Source: Candidatus Gallimonas merdae
GTDB taxonomy: Bacteria; Bacillota; Clostridia; Christensenellales; Borkfalkiaceae
Direction: 5' to 3'
Assembly: GCA_904419525.1 (NCBI GenBank)
Contig: CAJFRT010000007.1
Span: 3,250 to 67,249, forward strand
DNA: 64,000 bases
The notes below the pieces were generated by a model that worked only from the letters and a program-made list of their open reading frames with translations, did not search any database and was not told the origin of the DNA. The number at the start of each line of letters is the position of its first letter. The stretch's first letter is position 1. The position numbers and the translations under genes are program-made. Below are positions 58,048 to 64,000 of this stretch, piece after piece.

Positions 58048-60363
58048 TTATTTGTTCTCGTCGTTTCCGAGAAGATCTGCGATGGACGCGCCGCTGAAGC
58101 CGCCTTCGCTCCATTCTCTGTATTCGGCTTCGTCCGCATAGTCGCTTGCCGTGCGGCGATTGCCCTTATTGCGCTGACGAGGACGTCTTTCGCGCTCTTC
58201 CTCGCCGTCTCTTTCGCGGCTGGCGCGGTCGTCCCAAGGACGGGGCTGAAGCGCCTTGATGGAAAGCGTGATCTTGTGCGCTTCGGGATCAAAAGCAAGA
58301 ACTTTTGCATCGATCTCCTGACCGATCGTCAGAGCGGAAGTGGGATTTTCCAGCCATTCATGCGTGATCTGGGAAACATGGACAAGGCCGTCGATACCCT
58401 TTTCCAGTTCCACAAAAGCACCGAACGGAACGATGCGGACAACTTTGCCGTGGACAATGTCACCCTCTGCATAGCGCTCTGCAGCGGTGTCCCAAGGACG
58501 GGGCTGAAGCTGTTTATAGCCGATAGAAACTTTCTTGTTTTCGCGGTCGATCTTCAGGACTTTGAATTCGTAGCGCTTGCCGATCTCAAGAACATCGGTC
58601 ACTTCCTTGACGCCGGTCCAGGAAAGATCGGAGATATGGGCAAGGCAATCGAAACCGTTGACGGAAACGAAAGCGCCGAAAGAAGTGACTCTTTCCACCT
58701 TTCCTTCCACGATGTCGCCGACCTGAATGGAATCAAAGAATGCAGCTTCGCGCTCGGCCTTTGCTTCTTCCCTCGCCTTCTTTTCTGCTTCAAGGATCAC
58801 GCGCTGGGAAGCGATGATCTCCTTTCTGCGCTCGCGGCGGATCTCAAGCATTTTCAGGCGGAGCTTCTTGCCCACCATCTTGTCGAGCTCTTTGACGTAT
58901 CCGGAACGGATCTCGCGTGCAGGCACAAATACGGAATAGGTGCCGAGCTCGGCGGTCAGGCCGCCCTTATTGAAGCCAGTGCAAACAACGGAGAATTCTT
59001 TGCCTTCCTCGATATCTTTGAGGAGCGACTCTTCTTCCTTGACCTTTCTGACCTGTTTTTCAGAGAGTTTGACGGCGGGCTTCGTCTCGATCACCATGAC
59101 ATCGATATTTTCACCCACTTTCGCCGCATATGCTTCGCGGCTGAACTCTTCGCAGTCAAGCTCAGATTTATCGATCAGGATATCCGCTTTGCCGGAACCG
59201 GAAACATAGACGCCGTCGTCCGTAGCGGAAACAAGCTTCACGGTGAGAAGCTGTCCTCTCTTGTAATGCGAGCCCTTCTCCATTTCCGCGATCACTGCGT
59301 CCATGGCGGACTTTTCTTCAGCGGGAGCTGTCTGTGCAGGCGCCTCTTCCGACTGCTCGGGAGCGGCTTTTGCCACCTCTCCGGAAACATCGGCACTGTT
59401 TGCCGCTTCTGCGGCAGGAGCTGCCTGCGTTTCCGCTTCGGGAGCAGCTTCGGCGGGGATCGCCGCTGCCGGTTCCTCTGCGACGGGAGTTGCCGTCTCT
59501 TCGGAGACCTGCGTCTCCACCTGTACTTCCGCGTTGTTTTCTGCCATCTTTTTGAGAACCTCCGAGGTCTGCCAATCGGGAGTGCTTGCTCCCGCTACAA
59601 TGCCGACCCTTTTACAAAATTTAACTTTTTCATATTGAAAATCGTCCGCATGATTCAGGCGGTATACCTGATTGCAATACTGCGACGCGATTTCCGCAAG
59701 CTTGTTGGTATTGCTGCTGTTCAGCCCGCCGATCACAAGAACGGCGTCCGATTCGCGCGCAAGGCGCGCAGCATCTTTTTGCCTGCTTACAGTAGTATAG
59801 CAAATTGTCTTAAAAATCTCAACTGTTTTTGGACGTACTTTTTGAATATTTTCCGCGATTTTTGAAAATCTTTGCTCAGAAAAGGTGGTTTGCGAGAGCA
59901 GAACGACGTTTTTTCCCTCCAAAACAGAGAAATCCTCGTCCTCAGAGGCAAATACATGCACGTCCCCCCTGCCCCAGCCGACGAGGCCGATGACTTCTGG
60001 GTGCTCTGCATGTCCGGCTATCGCCACCGTTTTTCCGGAGGAGGAAGCTTCTGCCACGATGCGCTGGGCATTGCGCACGAACCTGCACGTACAGTCCACG
60101 ATGCGGATCCCGCGTCGGGAGCATTCTTCATAGGTCTTTTTCCCGACGCCGTGAGAACGGATCAGGAGCGTCGCTCCGTCGGGGACTTCTGAAAGCTTTT
60201 CTGCTGTCGGGATTCCGCGGGCACGGATCCGGCCGGTCACGTCTTCGTTGTGAATGAGCTCGCCGAGGACATAAGTGTTTTCTGCAGAGACGGTCATCGC
60301 CGTCTCTACCGCTCTGCGGACGCCGGTACAGAATCCGCAGTGCGCGGCAACAACGACTTTCAT
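58048..60363 (-). CDS. ispH: Fusion protein: HMBPP reductase (IspH/LytB) + ribosomal protein S1 repeats
   Basis: N-terminal MKVVVAAHCGFCTGVRRAV IspH domain, then an ~80 aa Ala/Glu/Pro linker, then four S1 motifs (e.g. GDIVEGKVERVTSFGAFV). This fusion is known in Clostridia. Confidence 0.9.
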   Translation of the reverse strand: MKVVVAAHCGFCTGVRRAVETAMTVSAENTYVLGELIHNEDVTGRIRARGIPTAEKLSEVPDGATLLIRSHGVGKKTYEECSRRGIRIVDCTCRFVRNAQRIVAEASSSGKTVAIAGHAEHPEVIGLVGWGRGDVHVFASEDEDFSVLEGKNVVLLSQTTFSEQRFSKIAENIQKVRPKTVEIFKTICYTTVSRQKDAARLARESDAVLVIGGLNSSNTNKLAEIASQYCNQVYRLNHADDFQYEKVKFCKRVGIVAGASTPDWQTSEVLKKMAENNAEVQVETQVSEETATPVAEEPAAAIPAEAAPEAETQAAPAAEAANSADVSGEVAKAAPEQSEEAPAQTAPAEEKSAMDAVIAEMEKGSHYKRGQLLTVKLVSATDDGVYVSGSGKADILIDKSELDCEEFSREAYAAKVGENIDVMVIETKPAVKLSEKQVRKVKEEESLLKDIEEGKEFSVVCTGFNKGGLTAELGTYSVFVPAREIRSGYVKELDKMVGKKLRLKMLEIRRERRKEIIASQRVILEAEKKAREEAKAEREAAFFDSIQVGDIVEGKVERVTSFGAFVSVNGFDCLAHISDLSWTGVKEVTDVLEIGKRYEFKVLKIDRENKKVSIGYKQLQPRPWDTAAERYAEGDIVHGKVVRIVPFGAFVELEKGIDGLVHVSQITHEWLENPTSALTIGQEIDAKVLAFDPEAHKITLSIKALQPRPWDDRASRERDGEEERERRPRQRNKGNRRTASDYADEAEYREWSEGGFSGASIADLLGNDENK

Positions 60364-61151
60364 TTTCTCTTTGCCCTCTTTTCAGACCGCCGGGCACGGA
60401 ACTGCGAACGGAGATCGTAAAGCAGACCCGCAAGCTTTTCGTCGGCCTGTGCATATTCTTCCGACGACAGTTTCTTTCCGTAATATTCGGTGAATTCAAA
60501 GGGCTCTCCGATGACGACGTGCGTCATGCGGAATACCTTCGGCCGGTTGCAGATGACGATCGGTATGATCGGGGTGCGGGTCTTGATCGCAAGCATGGCA
60601 GCCCCGCCATGAAAGGGCAAAAATTCTTCATCGGAAGTTTTGTTCCGTGTTCCCTCCGGGAAAAGCGAAAGTTTTTCTCCGTTTTTCAGGACTTTCATTG
60701 AGTCCATGATCGTCCTTACGTCGGATCCGTCGCGCATTGCGCCGATGACTCCGAGCCGACGTGCGACATAGCCGAGGACCGGCGCGTGGAGAATGGGATC
60801 TTTGGCCATAAAATGGATCCCTTCCCATGTGGTGTGCGCCGGGTAGAAGACGTCAAAAATGCAATAGTGGTTGCTGACGTAAATACAGGCTCCGGGGCCC
60901 ACTTTTTTCTTTCCGTGCAGTTTGAACGGGAAGATCAGCCAATGGATCGGATAGAAGATCACCCGAAGGACGTTCATGAGGTGCATGACATGGCGTCCTT
61001 TTTTGTTGGCAGGAAAGAGCAGACGGCGCTGTTTTTCCTGCTTTTCCGCCCTCTTTTTTTGGTTTCTTTCCTTTTTTTCAAGTTTTTTCAGACGTTTTTC
61101 TTCCCGGCGTCGCTCTTTTTCCGTCGTCTGTGCGGCAGCTTCCTCGCTCAT
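60360..61151 (-). CDS. plsC: 1-acyl-sn-glycerol-3-phosphate acyltransferase with Lys/Glu-rich N-terminal extension
   Basis: NHYCIFD (NHxxxxD) and FPEGTR motifs. ATGA overlaps on both sides support the long form. Confidence 0.85.
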   Translation of the reverse strand: MSEEAAAQTTEKERRREEKRLKKLEKKERNQKKRAEKQEKQRRLLFPANKKGRHVMHLMNVLRVIFYPIHWLIFPFKLHGKKKVGPGACIYVSNHYCIFDVFYPAHTTWEGIHFMAKDPILHAPVLGYVARRLGVIGAMRDGSDVRTIMDSMKVLKNGEKLSLFPEGTRNKTSDEEFLPFHGGAAMLAIKTRTPIIPIVICNRPKVFRMTHVVIGEPFEFTEYYGKKLSSEEYAQADEKLAGLLYDLRSQFRARRSEKRAKRK

Positions 61152-62158
61152 CAGATTTTCTCCTGCATTTTCCGTTTGATGGTTTCCAGAACCTGATCGA
61201 TCGTCATATCGGATGTGTCGATCAGAATGGCGTCCTCTGCCTTTTTCAACGGCGCGACCTCGCGGGTGGAATCCTGTTTGTCCCGCGCGGCGATCTCGTT
61301 TTTGAGGGTTTCAAAATCTACCGATTCACCTTTGGCAGTCAGCTCTTCATAACGCCTTTGGGCACGGACTTCCGGGGTGGCGGTCAGGAAAAATTTGAAG
61401 TCCGCATCGGGAAGAACAAACGTACCGATGTCGCGGCCGTCCAGCACGCAGGACATTTTTCCGGCGATTTCACGCTGTTTTTCCACCATTTTCATGCGCA
61501 CGCTCGCGTGACGCGAGATCGTGGACGCCGCCATCGTGACTTCAGACGAACGCAGGCAGGAGCTTACGTCTTCGTTTCCGAGCATCGTATGCTGCACGCC
61601 GTCGCGGTATATGACGGACAGCTTCAGGCCGCGCATCAGATCGCATACCTGAACTTCGTCTTCCACATCGATGCCCGCACGGATCGCCGCAAGCGCACAG
61701 GCACGGTACATCGCGCCCGTGTCAAGATACAGGATATGATAGTCATTGGCAAGAAGTTTCGCGATCGTGGATTTACCGCTGCCTGCCGGCCCGTCGATTG
61801 CAATATTATATTTCTGGGCGAGATCTTTGCGCAGGATCCGCGCACCCCGCAGATAGACATGGTGCGGCGTGATATTTTTTTCCACAAAGAGCATCACGCG
61901 GATGCAGAGGGCAAGTCCGCCCTCTATTTCAGGTTCCTGGGCCGAAAACAGCGAACAGCTTGCAAATCCCGCTTCGCGCGCCGCTTTGGCAGGATAAAAG
62001 GAATGAATGTCCGATGTGCTTGAAAATACAATGCTGAGCACCTCGTCCCGCTTGAGTGCGTTCCTGCTTTCGATCTGCTCCAAAAGTTCTGCAACTGCGG
62101 CACGGATCTCTTCCGCGCTGTCGGTTGCGATCGTTGTTGCCCCGCGAATTACTGTCAT
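61151..62158 (-). CDS. cmk: Fusion protein: AroH-type chorismate mutase domain + cytidylate kinase
   Basis: N-terminal MTVIRGATT...FYPAKAARE...CIRVML..HHVYL matches B. subtilis AroH as I recall it. Followed by IAIDGPAGSGKST cytidylate kinase. RBS GGGAGA before ATG 62158. Confidence 0.85.
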   Translation of the reverse strand: MTVIRGATTIATDSAEEIRAAVAELLEQIESRNALKRDEVLSIVFSSTSDIHSFYPAKAAREAGFASCSLFSAQEPEIEGGLALCIRVMLFVEKNITPHHVYLRGARILRKDLAQKYNIAIDGPAGSGKSTIAKLLANDYHILYLDTGAMYRACALAAIRAGIDVEDEVQVCDLMRGLKLSVIYRDGVQHTMLGNEDVSSCLRSSEVTMAASTISRHASVRMKMVEKQREIAGKMSCVLDGRDIGTFVLPDADFKFFLTATPEVRAQRRYEELTAKGESVDFETLKNEIAARDKQDSTREVAPLKKAEDAILIDTSDMTIDQVLETIKRKMQEKI

Positions 62159-62236
62159 AAGGATCTCCCGTTTATCTTCTGCTGTATTTCTATCATATTG
62201 ATTTTGTCGGAAAATGTCAAACAATCCTGAAAAATA

Positions 62237-62265
62237 TTCCATATTATGTCTGACATACTACTATG
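62237..62265. repeat. AT-rich palindrome family, copy 6 (reverse complement CATAGTAGTATGTC-A-GACATAATATGGAA)
   Basis: Lies 13 nt past the stop of the FAD oxidoreductase gene and 79 nt upstream of the aroH-cmk ATG. Confidence 0.85.
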
Positions 62266-62277
62266 TAAAATATGAGA

Positions 62278-63495
62278 TTATGCATTTAATCCTGCAAGAT
62301 AACCCGTACTGAATGCGATTTGCATATTAAATCCACCAGTATAGGCATCACAATCAAGCACTTCCCCGCAGAAAAAAAGCCCCTTTACACGTTTGCTCTG
62401 CATTGTGGCCGGGTCAATTTCCCGCACATCCACGCCACCGGAAGTAATGACCGCTTCCGTGAATCCGCGCAGGCGAACGGGATCGAGAGAAAATGCTTTC
62501 AAGGCCCCCACGATCCGTCTGCGCTCTTCTTTTGTTACGGCATTGGCCTGTTTTGATGCAGAAACGGACGCGGCCCGCAGAACGATCTCCGTCAGACCTG
62601 CGGGAAGCAACCCGCGCATGACGTTTTTCATCTGTTCGTTTTTACGATCCGCGAAATCGCGCAGGAGCCTCTCTTCAAGCATCTTTTCATCGAGCGCAGG
62701 CTTGAAATCGATTGCAAGGCGGATTTCGTTCAGGGGGATCCGATTGATCCGGGCCGAGAGAGAAAGGACGAGCGGGCCGCTGATCCCATAGTGCGTGAAC
62801 AGCAACTCGCCAAGCTGGGAAAAAATGACTTTTCCGCTTCTGCGCGCTGTGAGAACGGCGTTCTTCAAAGAGATCCCCTGGGCGGGAGCGACGTCCTCTG
62901 CGAGTTCAATTCCGACGAGAGACGGAACGGTCGGTATAATGGAGTGTCCCGACTCCTGCGCAAAGCGATAGCCGTCTCCCGTTGCACCCGTGGACGGATA
63001 GGAAAGGCCTCCCGTTGCAACGATGACGGCGTCGCATTCGTAAATCCCCTTTGCCGTCTGAACCGTGCGGACTGCTCCGTTTTCCTGTCCGACAGAGAGA
63101 ACTTTTTCATTCAGACGGATCTCTGCGCCCGCATCGCGGCATGAGCGCTCAAGCGTCTTTGTGACGTCGCTTGCGTGGTCCGTCACGGGGAAAACGCGGT
63201 TTCCGCGCTCCACTTTCAGGGAAAGGCCGTGCTGTTCAAAGAACGCCATTGTATCGGCCGAAGAAAAACGATATGCCGCCCGCGTCAGAAATTTCTCTCC
63301 GCGCACGACGTGTGCGAGAAATTCGTCGGGCGGGCAGTCATTGGTCAGATTGCACCGCCCCTTTCCCGTGATATAGATTTTTTTGCCGAGTTTTTCATTT
63401 TGTTCGAGGAGCAGGACGTTTTTACCCGTAGAAGCAGCCGTATATGCTGCCATGAGTCCGGATGCGCCTCCGCCGATTACAATAATGTTTTTCAT
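62278..63495 (-). CDS. NAD(P)/FAD-dependent oxidoreductase, HI0933/BaiN-like
   Basis: IIVIGGGASGLMAAY dinucleotide-binding fold and C-terminal FFCGEVLDCDAYTGGFN motif. Confidence 0.82.
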   Translation of the reverse strand: MKNIIVIGGGASGLMAAYTAASTGKNVLLLEQNEKLGKKIYITGKGRCNLTNDCPPDEFLAHVVRGEKFLTRAAYRFSSADTMAFFEQHGLSLKVERGNRVFPVTDHASDVTKTLERSCRDAGAEIRLNEKVLSVGQENGAVRTVQTAKGIYECDAVIVATGGLSYPSTGATGDGYRFAQESGHSIIPTVPSLVGIELAEDVAPAQGISLKNAVLTARRSGKVIFSQLGELLFTHYGISGPLVLSLSARINRIPLNEIRLAIDFKPALDEKMLEERLLRDFADRKNEQMKNVMRGLLPAGLTEIVLRAASVSASKQANAVTKEERRRIVGALKAFSLDPVRLRGFTEAVITSGGVDVREIDPATMQSKRVKGLFFCGEVLDCDAYTGGFNMQIAFSTGYLAGLNA

Positions 63496-64000
63496 TTGTC
63501 TGTATTGTTACCGCCTTCCTGATGCGGGGAGCATCCCTCTTTTTTAACGCCCTTTGAAACCACCGAGCCGTCGGCATCGATAATTTCCAGTTTGAATTCG
63601 TCTTTTTTTGGTTTACGTTCTATCTTGGTTGCCCGATGAAACACACGCTCAAACCATGCCAGGATCGCGTCCGATTTTTTGTACAGAACAATAAAGAGAA
63701 GGACAACAAGAATCCCGAAAATCGCCCAGATCAGCAGCCCCCACCACGTTGTAAAAGGAATTATGGAAATTGCATAACTTGTCGAAAAGATCGAGAGCAC
63801 ACGGGATATTAAAATGACGGTCAGAAAGAACCAGACGGACATAGAAGACAGCCCTGCAATAAAGCAGAGCACGTCGTCCGGGAATACGGGCAGAAGAAAC
63901 ATGGCGGACAGAAAGAGTTTATCTTTCCCTTTGATTTTTTTCAGCCATTTATCCAGCGTTTCCTGACCGACGATCCATGCAACCACACGATAACCCGCGT
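63492..64000 (-). CDS. TVP38/TMEM64 (DedA-related) membrane protein, 5' end beyond the window
   Basis: LLPVFPDDVLCFIAGLSSMS motif. The frame stays open to nt 64000. Hydrophilic C-terminal tail. Confidence 0.7.
   Translation of the reverse strand, partial: AGYRVVAWIVGQETLDKWLKKIKGKDKLFLSAMFLLPVFPDDVLCFIAGLSSMSVWFFLTVILISRVLSIFSTSYAISIIPFTTWWGLLIWAIFGILVVLLFIVLYKKSDAILAWFERVFHRATKIERKPKKDEFKLEIIDADGSVVSKGVKKEGCSPHQEGGNNTDK

Overview
GC-rich (mid-50s % by eye) core chromosomal segment of a spore-forming Clostridia-type Firmicute; the gene order looks Oscillospiraceae/Ruminococcaceae-like, which is an inference from gene content. I call about 60 protein genes and 2 tRNA-Leu. I see no rRNA, IS/transposase, CRISPR array, prophage or recognisable defence island. 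Gene content, left to right:
- cyclophilin, purB, galE and two hypotheticals
- minus-strand block: tRNA-Leu(AAG), lytic transglycosylase, coaE, polA
- tRNA-Leu(CAA) followed by a 2 x 138 bp tandem repeat
- divergent GH43/GH51 arabinofuranosidase pair
- long plus-strand run: spoIIIAA-AH, asp23-like, nusB, folD, ispA, dxs, tlyA, nadK, argR, recN, spoIVB, DD-carboxypeptidase, lysA, Lsa-type ABC-F, M50 protease, scpA, scpB, DUF2953, ytfJ, DD-carboxypeptidase, rluB
- lexA (minus), then M48 protease, a Cys-rich miniprotein and a low-GC GNAT gene
- strand flips to minus: hflX, a long (XerS/XerH-sized) tyrosine recombinase, GH13, glgP-glgA-glgD-glgC-glgB, ilvC, murC, csp, htpG, ispH-rpsA fusion, plsC, aroH-cmk fusion, FAD oxidoreductase, TVP38-like protein. 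DUF815 ATPase and spoVG are the plus-strand exceptions.
Most interesting unexplained signals:
1. Six dispersed copies of an AT-rich ~29-40 bp palindrome (core TATGTC-W-GACATA). Four abut stop codons and two lie in frame inside spoIIIAE and dxs.
2. A perfect 34 bp dif-like palindrome next to the long Xer-type recombinase, at a sharp convergent switch of gene orientation. This may mark the replication terminus.
3. Several canonical -35/-10 promoters that abut ATG starts lacking any Shine-Dalgarno, suggesting leaderless mRNAs.
4. A tRNA-Leu with an A34 (AAG) anticodon.
All calls rest on reading the sequence and ORF track by eye; no database search or folding program was run.
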